From: Flavobacteriales bacterium
GTDB taxonomy: Bacteria > Bacteroidota > Bacteroidia > Flavobacteriales_C > GCA-002722245
Direction of reading: 5' to 3'
NCBI GenBank assembly: GCA_049430665.1
Contig: JBMTCG010000002.1
Coordinates: 4,792-68,791, forward strand
DNA: 64,000 nt
Shown here: piece after piece, positions 10,612 through 22,410 of the stretch
Layout: each line of letters opens with the position of its first letter
How positions within the stretch are numbered: the stretch's first letter is position 1
Made by a program: the position numbers and the translations under genes
The notes under the pieces: generated by a model
What the model was told of the DNA's origin: nothing
The model's input: the letters and a program-made list of their open reading frames with translations, nothing else
Database searches by the model: none

Positions 10612-10628
10612 ATTATTAATATTATCTC

Positions 10629-11159
10629 ATGAAAATTCTTGCATTCGGAGCATCTTACAGTAGCAATTCCATCAATAGAATTTTTGCTGCTTACGTCGCC
10701 AATCAAATTCAAAATGCGGAAGTGGAAGTTTTGGATTTAAATCAATTCGATTTGCCACTTTTTACCGTTGATAAGGAGAAGGAAGTAGGCGCGTCCAATG
10801 TAGCTCGTGAGTTTTTGGCTAAGTTGGAAAGTGCCGATTTACTAGTGGTTTCTATGGCCGAACACAATGGAAGTTATTCTACTGCTTTTAAAAATCTTTT
10901 CGATTGGACTTCCCGTGTGAAACTAAAAATGTTTGAGAATGAGAAGATGATATTGCTTTCTGCTGCGCCCGGACCCCGAGGTGGAAAGGGCGTTTTAGAT
11001 GCTGCCTTGATTCGTTTTCCCATACATGGTGCCCAAATATTGATGAGCTTTTCTTTGCCTAAGTTTGCAGATAATTTTGATGAAATTAATGGTATTGTAA
11101 ATGAAGATTTGCGCCATGAACTTTTTTCTAAATTGAATGCACTTGATTTACGCGTTTAA
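10629..11159 (+). CDS. NAD(P)H-dependent FMN reductase family protein
   Basis: MKILAFGAS..SIN, AEHNGSY..FKNLFDW, SAAPGPRGG. Confidence 0.9.
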   Translation: MKILAFGASYSSNSINRIFAAYVANQIQNAEVEVLDLNQFDLPLFTVDKEKEVGASNVAREFLAKLESADLLVVSMAEHNGSYSTAFKNLFDWTSRVKLKMFENEKMILLSAAPGPRGGKGVLDAALIRFPIHGAQILMSFSLPKFADNFDEINGIVNEDLRHELFSKLNALDLRV

Positions 11160-11175
11160 AACCGTAACTTTAAGA

Positions 11176-11634
11176 ATGCTTTATAGAACAATTATTTTTT
11201 TAGTGCTTAACTTTTCAGCTTTAGGCTTAGGTGGATTCTTTACCGGGAAGGGTGTTACTTCTCAGTGGTACCAAGAATTGGCTAAAGCGCCTTGGACTCC
11301 TCCTGGTTGGGTTTTTGGGGCAGCATGGACTTTAATCATGATTTGTTTTTCATTTTACATGGCGTATTTGTTTGCGTCGAAAGAAAGTAGAGTACTAATT
11401 GTTTCACTCTTTGTTTTGCAATGGATTCTCAATGTGGCTTGGAATCCTATCTTTTTTTATTACCATAACGTTTTTGTAGGTTTAATTGTGATCGTGACCC
11501 TTACATTACTTACTGCTTTTTTCTTGTTTTATTTCCTTACCGATTTAAAAGCTAAGGTCTTGTTTGTTTTGCCTTATTTTCTTTGGTTATTTATTGCTAC
11601 TTCCTTGAATGCCTATATTTTATTCAAGAATTAA
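11176..11634 (+). CDS. tspO: TspO/MBR tryptophan-rich sensory protein
   Basis: WYQELAKAPWTPPGWVFGAAWT, LNVAW, PYFLW..AT.LN motifs; ATG at 11176. Confidence 0.92.
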   Translation: MLYRTIIFLVLNFSALGLGGFFTGKGVTSQWYQELAKAPWTPPGWVFGAAWTLIMICFSFYMAYLFASKESRVLIVSLFVLQWILNVAWNPIFFYYHNVFVGLIVIVTLTLLTAFFLFYFLTDLKAKVLFVLPYFLWLFIATSLNAYILFKN

Positions 11635-11675
11635 TTTTCTTTTCCATCTCCCAAAAAATCCTATCTTTGCTTCAT

Positions 11676-11748
11676 CTTATAGGGGTGCTATAAAGGCTGA
11701 GAAAAACCCTCATAACCTGATACAGGTAATGCTGTCGAAGGGAATAAG
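11676..11748 (+). promoter_or_regulatory. TPP riboswitch aptamer
   Basis: aGGGGTGC...GGCTGAGA..ACCC..ACCTGAT.CAGGTAATGCTG.CGAAGGGA; P1 cttat/ataag; TATCTTTG box at 11662-11669; upstream of the thi operon. Confidence 0.93.
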
Positions 11749-11799
11749 TTCCGTAAGGATTCTCTGCCTTTTTTGTGCATTCCATGTAAATAAAGAAAC

Positions 11800-12003
11800 G
11801 TGGAAATTAAAGTCAACAACGATACTATTCAAATCTCCAACGACAGCAATATTTTGTCTTTGATGCAACACTTGCGCGGAGAGAAATTAAATGGCTTGGC
11901 GGTGGCTTTGAACGATACTGTAGTTCCGCGTTCTCAATGGGATAAAATTAAAATAAAAGCAAACGATGACGTATTAATTATACAGGCTACTCAGGGTGGG
12001 TAG
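11800..12003 (+). CDS. thiS: Sulfur carrier protein ThiS
   Basis: 67 aa ending ATQGG; AVALN..VVPR..W motif. Confidence 0.95.
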   Translation: MEIKVNNDTIQISNDSNILSLMQHLRGEKLNGLAVALNDTVVPRSQWDKIKIKANDDVLIIQATQGG

Positions 12004-13949
<1,946 letters not shown>

Positions 13950-13952
13950 AGT

Positions 13953-14570
13953 ATGCTAAAAATTGCTGTAATATCTTCCACAGAAATTTCTTCAACCAAA
14001 GAAATTGAATTGATGAAAAAGTTGTTTGATGAAGGGTTGAATATTTTTCATGTTCGCCGTCCTAATTACAATTATAAGAAGATGAAGGATTATCTTTCTA
14101 GAATTCCTGAAGAATACCATAACAGATTAGTGCTTCACTCTCATCCTAAATTGGCTTTAAAATTTAATTTAAAAGGAATTCACATTACTTCAAAAGTTAG
14201 AAAAAGTAAATTTAAATTTTGGTTTGTCAAGCGATTTGTTGTAGCGAAAAAGAAAGAGTTAACAGTATCAACTTCATTACATCATTTAACGCATTTAGAT
14301 AATTTTGATCCACTTTTTAATTACGTTTTTTTGAGTCCGATTTTCGATAGCATTTCCAAAAAAGATTATCAAAGTGGATTCAATGAATTTACGCTAAGGA
14401 AAGGGTTGGAGAGAACAAAATATTCTGTTTATGCTTTGGGCGGTGTTGAGTTAGCAAATATCGATAAGGTGAAGGAGTATGGTTTTTCTGGAGTTGCATT
14501 GGTGGGGTCAATATGGACCGCCAAAGATCCTATTCAAGCGTTTAAAGAAATTAAAGAAAAATGTCGATAA
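13953..14570 (+). CDS. Thiamine phosphate synthase-like (ThiE/TenI-like) protein
   Basis: YVFLSPIFDSISK and YALGGV; the canonical QLRxK and ND motifs are replaced by HVRRP and LHSH. Confidence 0.8.
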   Translation: MLKIAVISSTEISSTKEIELMKKLFDEGLNIFHVRRPNYNYKKMKDYLSRIPEEYHNRLVLHSHPKLALKFNLKGIHITSKVRKSKFKFWFVKRFVVAKKKELTVSTSLHHLTHLDNFDPLFNYVFLSPIFDSISKKDYQSGFNEFTLRKGLERTKYSVYALGGVELANIDKVKEYGFSGVALVGSIWTAKDPIQAFKEIKEKCR

Positions 14571-15328
14571 TTACTCGACCATATATCTTATCAATTGCAG
14601 GTTTCGATCCTTCTGCTGGCGCTGGTGTGCTAGCTGATATTAAAACCTTTGAAGGTTTGCATTTATATGGGGTGGGCGTTAGCACTGCTACTACCATTCA
14701 AACCGATGTGCAATTTTTCGATTGTCGTTGGGAAGAGCTTTCTGTTGTTCAAAAGCAAGTGGAGGTGTTGAGCGCTCGTTTTTCGTTTCAAGTAGTAAAA
14801 ATAGGCATTGTTCCTTCTTTAGATTATTTGAATCAATTGTTGGATACTATCCATCAAAATATTCCACAAGCTAAAATTGTTTGGGATCCTGTTTATGCGT
14901 CAAGTACAGGTTTTCAGTTTTTAGAAAAAAATTGGGACGAGAGTTCTTTGCACAATGTTTTGCGCAAAATTACTTTGCTTACACCCAACGCTCACGAAGC
15001 ACTTATCTTTAGTAAAGAGAATGATGCCGTAGATGCGGCTAAAAAGTTGAGTGCTTTTTGTTCAGTTTTATTAAAGGGCGGCCACACAGCAGACGCGCAA
15101 GCCACCGATATTTTATTTCACCAAAAACATGAATTTTCATTCGTACAAGAACGTTTAGATGGTTTTTCTAAACATGGTTCGGGTTGTGTTTTGTCTTCAG
15201 CCATTGCCGCTTATTTGGCGAAAGGAGAGGATTTAGAAGGAGCTTGTGCGAAAGCAAAAAAATATATTCACTCCTATTTACAAAGTTCAAATTCATTATT
15301 GGGTTATCATGTACTTGCAGAACAATAA
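14561..15328 (+). CDS. thiD: Hydroxymethylpyrimidine/phosphomethylpyrimidine kinase
   Basis: SIAGFDPSAGAGVLAD, KIG, DPV, TPN..E, KGGH, HGSGC. Confidence 0.95.
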   Translation: MSIITRPYILSIAGFDPSAGAGVLADIKTFEGLHLYGVGVSTATTIQTDVQFFDCRWEELSVVQKQVEVLSARFSFQVVKIGIVPSLDYLNQLLDTIHQNIPQAKIVWDPVYASSTGFQFLEKNWDESSLHNVLRKITLLTPNAHEALIFSKENDAVDAAKKLSAFCSVLLKGGHTADAQATDILFHQKHEFSFVQERLDGFSKHGSGCVLSSAIAAYLAKGEDLEGACAKAKKYIHSYLQSSNSLLGYHVLAEQ

Positions 15329-15956
15329 AATAGCGCGTTTGCAATTTATCACTTCCGATGATGCCGCTTTAAATCATTTGGAGCAAATTCAGTTGGTGTT
15401 AGATAACGGAGTAAATTGGGTACAACTGCGAGCAAAGAATTTGTCGGCTACAGAATTATTGAAATTAGCTGAAGATGCAAAAGAAATTACAGAGCGCTAC
15501 CATGCTACTTTAATCATTAATGATAACCATTTGGTAGCAGCCATGGTCAATGCCGAGGGCGTTCATAGTGGTAAAGAAGATGTGGCACCCATCGATGCAC
15601 GTAAGTTTTTATTAGAACAAATTATTGGTGGCACTGCCAACAACATGCAAGATATCGGAAGGATAATTAATGATGTTGATTACATAGGCTTGGGTCCATT
15701 GCGTTTTACTTCTACCAAGAAAAAGTTAGCGCCAATTTTGGGTTTTGAAGGTTTTGCAACGTTGCTAAAGGCCCTCCCTCAACCTAAACCCGTTATTGCC
15801 ATCGGAGGCATAACGATAGAAGATATAGAGCCCTTAATGAAAATAGGATTGCATGGCATTGCTTTATCAGGAGCAATTGTGAACGATGTTCATCCTGCAC
15901 AAAAAACTAAAGAATTTTTAAAAGAAATAGCTGCATATGAAAGCATCAACGCTTAA
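15309..15956 (+). CDS. thiE: Thiamine phosphate synthase
   Basis: WVQLRAK, IIND, DYIGLGP.RFT.TK, AIGGI; ATG at 15309. Confidence 0.92.
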   Translation: MYLQNNKIARLQFITSDDAALNHLEQIQLVLDNGVNWVQLRAKNLSATELLKLAEDAKEITERYHATLIINDNHLVAAMVNAEGVHSGKEDVAPIDARKFLLEQIIGGTANNMQDIGRIINDVDYIGLGPLRFTSTKKKLAPILGFEGFATLLKALPQPKPVIAIGGITIEDIEPLMKIGLHGIALSGAIVNDVHPAQKTKEFLKEIAAYESINA

Positions 15957-16710
15957 ATTAGGAGATAAAATTTTTCAATCGCGATTGTTTACTGGTACTG
16001 GTAAATTTAGCAATAACGATTTGATGGAGAAGGCTATTGAGGTTAGCGAATCGGAATTAGTGACTGTTGCTTTGAAAAGGGTGAATCTCGATGATAAAAA
16101 TGACGACATCATTAAGCATCTCAATCATTCGCGCATTAATTTATTGCCCAATACATCTGGAGTGAGAACTGCTAAAGAAGCTGTTTTTGCTGCTCAATTG
16201 GCGCGTGAGGCTTTAGGTACAAATTGGTTGAAATTAGAAATTCATCCCGATCCACGTTATCTTTTGCCCGACCCTATTGAAACTTTAAAAGCTGCTGAAG
16301 AGTTGGTGAAATTGGGATTTATCGTTTTACCTTATGTAAATGCCGACCCTGTTTTATGCAAACGATTAGAGGAGGTTGGTGTTGCGGCCGTAATGCCTTT
16401 GGGCGCTGCTATTGGCAGTAACAAAGGATTGAAAACGGTGGATATGTTGCAAATTATTATTGAAGAAAGCAATGTGCCTGTGGTGGTTGATGCTGGTATT
16501 GGTGCGCCATCTCACGCTGCTTACGCTATGGAGCTGGGTGCCGATGCAGTTTTGGTAAATACCGCAATTGCAATAGCTAAAGATCCCGTTGCAATGGCTT
16601 ATGCTTTCAAAATGGCTGTTGAGGCAGGAAGATTGGCCTATGAAGCCAAGCTGGCTCCAATAAAAAATAAAGCCGAAGCAAGTAGTCCGCTAACCGCATT
16701 TTTGCAATGA
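15937..16710 (+). CDS. thiG: Thiazole synthase
   Basis: GTGKF, LPNTSG, WLKLE, DAGIG.PS, ASSP. Confidence 0.97.
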   Translation: MKASTLKLGDKIFQSRLFTGTGKFSNNDLMEKAIEVSESELVTVALKRVNLDDKNDDIIKHLNHSRINLLPNTSGVRTAKEAVFAAQLAREALGTNWLKLEIHPDPRYLLPDPIETLKAAEELVKLGFIVLPYVNADPVLCKRLEEVGVAAVMPLGAAIGSNKGLKTVDMLQIIIEESNVPVVVDAGIGAPSHAAYAMELGADAVLVNTAIAIAKDPVAMAYAFKMAVEAGRLAYEAKLAPIKNKAEASSPLTAFLQ

Positions 16711-17849
16711 GTGATTTTTACAACATAATTTCCCAACATTCTTGGGATGACATAAAAGAGAGCATTTATTCTAAAACTATAGATGATGCTAAAGAAGCTT
16801 TGTACAAAAAAGAATTCCGCACTTTAGAAGATTTTAAAGCTTTGATTTCTCCTGCCGCTGAACCACTTTTGGAAGAGATGGCGCAATTGAGCCGACAACT
16901 CACATTAAAGCGTTTTGGCAATACTGTTCAAATGTATGTGCCGCTTTATTTGTCGAATGAATGTCAGAATATTTGTACTTACTGCGGATTTAGTTTGCAC
17001 AATAAGATTAAAAGAACAACTTTAAGCGATGCGCAAATCATAAAGGAAGCCGAAGCCATTAAAGCTTTAGGCTACGATCATGTTTTGTTGGTGACTGGTG
17101 AAGCGAATAAAACGGTAGGAGTGGAGTATTTGCAACACGCCATTCGTTTGGTAAAACCTTATTTTGCGAACATCTCCATAGAAGTTCAGCCTTTAGAACA
17201 AAACGAATATGAATTGCTTATTGCCGAGGGTTTATATGCTGTTTTAGTGTATCAAGAAACCTATCACGAAGAAGAGTATAAAACGCATCATACCAAAGGA
17301 AGAAAATCGAATTACGAATATAGAATTGATACGCCCGAAAGATTGGGGCGTGCGGGCATTCATAAAATCGGATTGGGTTGTTTAATAGGTTTAGAAGATT
17401 GGCGCACCGATTCTTTTTACACCGCCATGCATTTAGATTATTTAGAGAAGAAATTTTGGCAAACGCGCTATTCTATTTCTTTCCCTAGATTGCGTCCGGC
17501 AGAAGGTATTTTGGAACCTAAATCGGTAATGACCGACAAGCAGCTGGTGCAGTTGATTTGTGCTTATCGAATTTTTAAGGAAGATATAGAGTTGTCTATT
17601 TCTACACGTGAAAACGCATCCTTCAGAAACAATATATTTCGTTTAGGCATCACCTCTATGAGTGCTGGCTCGAAAACCAATCCGGGTGGTTACGCTGTTT
17701 TTCCAGAGAAAGAAAGTTTAGAGCAGTTTGAAATTGACGACAAGCGTTCGGCAAAGGAAATTGCCGAAATGTTAAAACAAAACGGCTACGAGGCGGTTTG
17801 GAAAGATTGGGACAAAGCCTTGATGCAGCCTGAGTTTACAAATTCTTAA
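16707..17849 (+). CDS. thiH: 2-iminoacetate synthase (radical SAM tyrosine lyase)
   Basis: [10 protein letters not shown] (CxxxCxxC), [22 protein letters not shown]. Confidence 0.96.
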   Translation: MSDFYNIISQHSWDDIKESIYSKTIDDAKEALYKKEFRTLEDFKALISPAAEPLLEEMAQLSRQLTLKRFGNTVQMYVPLYLSNECQNICTYCGFSLHNKIKRTTLSDAQIIKEAEAIKALGYDHVLLVTGEANKTVGVEYLQHAIRLVKPYFANISIEVQPLEQNEYELLIAEGLYAVLVYQETYHEEEYKTHHTKGRKSNYEYRIDTPERLGRAGIHKIGLGCLIGLEDWRTDSFYTAMHLDYLEKKFWQTRYSISFPRLRPAEGILEPKSVMTDKQLVQLICAYRIFKEDIELSISTRENASFRNNIFRLGITSMSAGSKTNPGGYAVFPEKESLEQFEIDDKRSAKEIAEMLKQNGYEAVWKDWDKALMQPEFTNS

Positions 17850-17851
17850 CA

Positions 17852-17898
17852 TTGCCTACTGAAAACATTTTGCAAAAAAAATGTTTTCAGTAAGGCAA
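17852..17898. terminator. Long hairpin after thiH (probable terminator or RNA-stabilising stem)
   Basis: ttgcctactgaaaacatttt / aaaatgttttcagtaaggcaa with one bulge. Confidence 0.6.
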
Positions 17899-17938
17899 CC
17901 TTTTATCTTCGCAGCTGTCTTTCTGTAAATTTACTTTT

Positions 17939-18133
17939 ATGGTGATTGAAACCAGCGAACAACATGTTGATGCTTTAGAAGCCGTTAAGAAATGGTGGAT
18001 GCGTGAAGATTATTCTTTAGAGAGTATGCGAGAAATAGATGATGTAATAAGAGCTATTGAAGCGTACTCTGGAATGCCTCTTCCTGCCAGAAGTTTTATT
18101 ATGGCTAAGGTCTTTTTAAGACAATCGGCTTAA
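17939..18133 (+). CDS. Small hypothetical protein (64 aa)
   Basis: ATG start, protein-like composition, fills the intergenic gap. Confidence 0.45.
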   Translation: MVIETSEQHVDALEAVKKWWMREDYSLESMREIDDVIRAIEAYSGMPLPARSFIMAKVFLRQSA

Positions 18134-18366
18134 TTGTTTTTCAATCCGTTTTGAAACCGTTTAAATGCTTCCAAATCTTCTTCTCTTACCCCTCCAGGTT
18201 TAACTCCCGGATTCAACAACATAAAAATAAGGTTATTTAAATCTTCCGATAAGCGACGGTTTTTTTTTACTCGTGCAATATCATTTTCCTCGCAAAGTTT
18301 TGGAAGTATTTCTTGGGTGCTTTTGCCCTCCAATTCAATCATCAATTTTTTAATACTCTCGGTCAT
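18130..18366 (-). CDS. Small hypothetical protein (78 aa, MTESIKKL...)
   Basis: ATG at 18366; helical charged composition; stop overlaps that of the convergent ORF. Confidence 0.5.
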   Translation of the reverse strand: MTESIKKLMIELEGKSTQEILPKLCEENDIARVKKNRRLSEDLNNLIFMLLNPGVKPGGVREEDLEAFKRFQNGLKNN

Positions 18367-18419
18367 TAGTTGCGGTTTGGTCGCACTAAAGTAAAAAAAT
18401 ATATCGAAAAATATATAGG

Positions 18420-18992
18420 TTATTTGCTCGAGGTTGGCCCTGCTTGTAAGCCCAACTGAACAGCGTAGCGTTGACATTTAATTGTCATTAAATTGCCTGC
18501 CTGACCAAAGCCCAATTCGTCGGCTTTTTGCAAATCTTTACATGCATCTAAGGTGTACATAAATCTTGCTTTCGAAATGGCCCGGTTGTAATAGGCAACA
18601 GGTTGATTAGGATCTAGTTTAATGGCTTTGTTATAATCTTTAATGGCTTCTACATGTATTCCCAATTCTGCCATGTATGTTCCTCTGTTAACGTAGGCAC
18701 CTATGTTGGTTGAGTCTAAGGCAATTTGATCATTGAAAAATTGTATGGCTTGTTTGTGTCGTGCTCTTTCTTTTTCGCTCATCTCAGGATTAAAGAGCCT
18801 TTCTAATTTTTCTGCATCGTAATTCACTTTGGTATCGGGCATGGTATACCTGGTGGTATCTGATGTTGTTTTTTTAATCACAGCTTTTTTGGTGGTATCT
18901 TGATTGTATGGTAAGTTCTCACGAATTCTGGTTTGCGCTTGAAGAGCAAGGCCGCAGAGTAGGAAAAGTGTAAAAGAGACTAAGGTTTTCAA
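18420..18992 (-). CDS. Exported TPR-repeat protein
   Basis: Signal peptide; AYVNRG..AIKDYNKAIKLDP..AYYNRA TPR motifs. Confidence 0.85.
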   Translation of the reverse strand: MKTLVSFTLFLLCGLALQAQTRIRENLPYNQDTTKKAVIKKTTSDTTRYTMPDTKVNYDAEKLERLFNPEMSEKERARHKQAIQFFNDQIALDSTNIGAYVNRGTYMAELGIHVEAIKDYNKAIKLDPNQPVAYYNRAISKARFMYTLDACKDLQKADELGFGQAGNLMTIKCQRYAVQLGLQAGPTSSK

Positions 18993-19052
18993 GTGGCTGA
19001 GTTTATAGTATTTATCGTTCCTACGATCAATTTCACAATTGGTTGCGCTTCA

Positions 19053-21152
19053 TTATTTTATTATTTTAAAGCTTTCTGTTTCATTGCCCGTCTGCACTTG
19101 AAGATAGTACAATCCATTTGAAAATTCTGAAAGAAGGTTTCCTAAACTTAACTTGTCTTGCATTGTGTTTTTTAGTTGGATGGTACTGCCAACTTGTTTT
19201 CCCAATACATCTAAAATAGTGATGTTAAAGTTGTTGGGTTTGCCTGATTTGATTTCTAACACTGAACTTGCGTCGATTGGGTTTGGATATACAATCACTT
19301 CAACGGGATTTTCCGCAGATTCTGCAATGCCTAATCCTCCGTGATAAATGTTAATGTTGTCTAAGTATAGTTTGTTGCCTCCCTTCGCATTCATTGCAAA
19401 CATGATTTTAAAATTAGGATTTCCTGCATAGGCGCTCAAATCAATATTTGAGCTCGACCATTCAGAAATGCCTGGAACGAAATCGGCTGTTGTGCTTCCT
19501 TTAGTAATAAGTTGCAAGTAATTAAGATTCTTTTTTAGGGCCCAGTTTTGCCCGCAATCTGCCGAAGCATAAATTCTCAATAAGTCGTAGTTTGTACTTT
19601 TTTGTTGGGCATAAGCAAAATTGAAATCTAAATAGACTGAATCACTTTGAGAGGATAGATCGATATTCGGACTCACTAAATAATGCCACATTTCGTTGAT
19701 GTCATATCCCGACTCGCTATGTAGGTCGAGGACTAAGGATGCTGTTCCACTTTTTTTTGTGACAGTTGTACGCTGAAATTTTGTGATTTTTCCTGGATTG
19801 ACGATAGTCCAATCGTTACCGTTGCCGCTGTTGTCTGGAAATCCACTAAATTCAAATCCTTCGAAATACGGTAGAGCATTGTTCGAGATATTGTCGAAAA
19901 CTTTAATATAGTCGCTCATCACTAAAGAGTCTGCACCGTTACCATTGCTAATTTTTAATTTTACATCGTAAATTCCTGCAGTGTTGTAGGTTACATACGG
20001 ATTCACTAAAGTTGAAGTTGATGGTGTTCCTCCTTCGAATGTCCATTCGTAAATTCTATTCGAACTTAAGCTGTCATTGTACGATAGGTCATCGAAAGAT
20101 ATAGTTCTTCCAATGCAGAAAAAGCTTGAATCGTTGTGCGCTTTGAAGAAAGCCTTTGGCGCACATTCGTAAATAACGTGATTGTTTTCTGTGCCTGTTG
20201 CGATTAAATTTCCGTTAGTAGATAAACTTGAACGAAAACCTGCGGAAGATGCTGCGGCTGCGCGCATATATGCAGTTTGACCGTTGGTAAACATACATGC
20301 ACAAGTGCTGTAATCCATAAAATTTTGCACGTTTTCTATTCCGCTACATAAATTCTGTGTAAGATTACAAGAACTATTAGAACCTTTAGTAGGTGGAGTG
20401 TCACTAATACCATCGTTGCCGCATGCGCTGCCAATAGCGCCTAATCCCCATGTGTGGTAGAGTCCAAAGAAATGCCCTGTTTCGTGCCCTAGAGTATGTA
20501 TTGCAGATTGACTTCCGAAAGATGTGCCAATGCTTCCAAATTGTCGATTAATAACTATAGTGCCTTCATGACTTTGTGACGGAGCAGTTCCAGGTAAATA
20601 GCTGTAGCCACCAACAGGATTACCGCCACTTTCTAAATAATTTACTACCCAAATATTGTAGTATTTTTTAGTGTCCCAACTAATAAGGTCTTTGATAGGC
20701 TCTCCGCTTCCTACATTCGTGAGATATGAAAAGGTGCGCGTAATTCCTTTAGTGCAATTTCCATTGGGGTCGATCGTAGCCAATCTAAATTCAAAGCGCG
20801 CATCGCTTGCAATACTTTTAAAAGTGCTAACAATTTGACTGGTGTCGGCATTTAACTTTTTAAATTCTTCGTTCAATTTCTCAATAGCATCGAGAATTTG
20901 GGCATCTGAAATATTTGAAGTTCCACCATCATGAATTATATGCACTACTACAGGTATTATGAAGAGTGGACTATCGCCACCCAATACTTCGGTGGAGCTT
21001 TGTATTTGCGACATCTTGGCGATGTTTTTTTCAATCATTACCTTCTTTGCTGGGTCGCTCATCATTTCTTCTAACAAATGATCGAATCCGCAGTTTTGAG
21101 CTTTGCTTAATGTGCTTGCCAAAAGGAATAAAAAGACAAATGTTTTTTTCAT
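19053..21152 (-). CDS. T9SS-secreted M43 (pappalysin-like) zinc metalloprotease with PKD domain
   Basis: IPVVVHIIH, HETGHFFGLYH zinc motif, NFMDY Met-turn, WTFEGGTP PKD, VYPNP..GLYYL CTD. Confidence 0.92.
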   Translation of the reverse strand: MKKTFVFLFLLASTLSKAQNCGFDHLLEEMMSDPAKKVMIEKNIAKMSQIQSSTEVLGGDSPLFIIPVVVHIIHDGGTSNISDAQILDAIEKLNEEFKKLNADTSQIVSTFKSIASDARFEFRLATIDPNGNCTKGITRTFSYLTNVGSGEPIKDLISWDTKKYYNIWVVNYLESGGNPVGGYSYLPGTAPSQSHEGTIVINRQFGSIGTSFGSQSAIHTLGHETGHFFGLYHTWGLGAIGSACGNDGISDTPPTKGSNSSCNLTQNLCSGIENVQNFMDYSTCACMFTNGQTAYMRAAAASSAGFRSSLSTNGNLIATGTENNHVIYECAPKAFFKAHNDSSFFCIGRTISFDDLSYNDSLSSNRIYEWTFEGGTPSTSTLVNPYVTYNTAGIYDVKLKISNGNGADSLVMSDYIKVFDNISNNALPYFEGFEFSGFPDNSGNGNDWTIVNPGKITKFQRTTVTKKSGTASLVLDLHSESGYDINEMWHYLVSPNIDLSSQSDSVYLDFNFAYAQQKSTNYDLLRIYASADCGQNWALKKNLNYLQLITKGSTTADFVPGISEWSSSNIDLSAYAGNPNFKIMFAMNAKGGNKLYLDNINIYHGGLGIAESAENPVEVIVYPNPIDASSVLEIKSGKPNNFNITILDVLGKQVGSTIQLKNTMQDKLSLGNLLSEFSNGLYYLQVQTGNETESFKIIK

Positions 21153-21191
21153 GCTGAATATATCTTAATTAAAAGTAAGCATCGTGCGCTT

Positions 21192-21776
21192 TCAGTCAAA
21201 ATTAAAATTGCGCGATAATTGAATTAACTCAGGAAAAAGTAGGCTGAAATCTTCTTCTATAGTTGTGTAGTGTTCTCTAAGCACTTCGGTGGCTTTGTCT
21301 AAGTTCGATTCAAATCGTGTTCTTTTCGACATTTGTGTAAGAATGATGTTTAATCCGTCAACAGTTCTGTACATTTTCAACCAATCGTTTTTTATTAAAT
21401 GATGAATAAGTATTTGGGCTCTTTCAGGCAAAGCGTCATTGTGTTTTTGCAAAGAAGCGTAAAAATCTGTGCTAAAAATATCGAGTGTAGTGCCGGGAAA
21501 ATATTTTTCAAAATGTAAAGCCAAAAAGTGATCGAAAAACACATCTGTGGCTACAGGAGCGTACTTTTTCAGTAAAGAGCGTGAGAGTTGAGTAGTGCGA
21601 ATAAATGAAGAATGGCTATCGGTAAACGTATCTATGGCGTGATGCAGCTTAACGCCACGCATCATTTTATCGCTCAGCAAATTACGTTCTTTGGGTAAAA
21701 TGGTATCGGCAATAAAATTACCAATCGCGATTTCCTCGTCGTTTCCAGATAAAGCTATGTGGGCTAAGAAATTCAA
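21192..21776 (-). CDS. acpH: Acyl carrier protein phosphodiesterase
   Basis: MNFLAH..LS, GNFIAD, LHHAIDTFTD.H, D.FFDHFLA. Confidence 0.9.
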   Translation of the reverse strand: MNFLAHIALSGNDEEIAIGNFIADTILPKERNLLSDKMMRGVKLHHAIDTFTDSHSSFIRTTQLSRSLLKKYAPVATDVFFDHFLALHFEKYFPGTTLDIFSTDFYASLQKHNDALPERAQILIHHLIKNDWLKMYRTVDGLNIILTQMSKRTRFESNLDKATEVLREHYTTIEEDFSLLFPELIQLSRNFNFD

Positions 21777-21920
21777 GGCTTCTAAGATAGGAATTGATTT
21801 GTTGTTTTTCCGTGTTTCCTAAAGGTAAAATTAATGTGAAAAAAACTTGAGTCTGTACAATTATATCTTTATTTTAGTGCAGAGGGAAAACTTGAGATTT
21901 AAATTAACCTAGTATTAATC

Positions 21921-22343
21921 ATGAAAGGGAAGAGCATGAATACAAATTTATTCATTGAGGCGACAGAACAAACTCCAAGAGTTGTGTTTAACCTTAGTGA
22001 TGGTCAACTTGCCATTACAGGAAAATCGTTACCCGAAAATGGTGAGCAATTTTATCAGCCCTTGCTAGATTGGTTAGACGATGCGGTAAATTCTACTACG
22101 GAGAAAGTGAAAATGCACATCGCCCTAGATCAAATGAATATCTCTTCTTCTAAAATGATACTCTTCATTTTATATAAGCTCAAAAACTTAAAAGAAGCTG
22201 GTAAAACTGTTTCTGTGTGGTGGTATCACGCCGAAGAAGATTCAGATATGCTCGAAGTAGGTGAAGATTACGAGTTTATGGTGGATCTTCCTTTTCGTTT
22301 CAAAAGCGGAAAAATTGAAAGCAGCGAATTATTAGTTGCATAG
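21921..22343 (+). CDS. SiaC-like (DUF1987) protein
   Basis: IEATEQTP.V.F, I.GKSLPEN..FY.P..W, N.SSSK, W.H..D.DM.E.GEDY. Confidence 0.85.
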   Translation: MKGKSMNTNLFIEATEQTPRVVFNLSDGQLAITGKSLPENGEQFYQPLLDWLDDAVNSTTEKVKMHIALDQMNISSSKMILFILYKLKNLKEAGKTVSVWWYHAEEDSDMLEVGEDYEFMVDLPFRFKSGKIESSELLVA

Positions 22344-22410
22344 TACATCCTTTTAATTCTTACTTATTATATTAGCGCTTCAAAATTGAAGTGTAATAAA
22401 TCTATTGTAT

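Noticed and set aside
10161-10712. 183-aa minus-strand ORF, and the many similar antisense ORFs in the track (e.g. 1197-1631, 43059-43391, 51647-52063)
   Set aside because: Shadow frames of well-supported genes on the opposite strand
11609-11863. 84-aa ORF upstream of thiS
   Set aside because: It spans the promoter and TPP riboswitch and has no protein-like features
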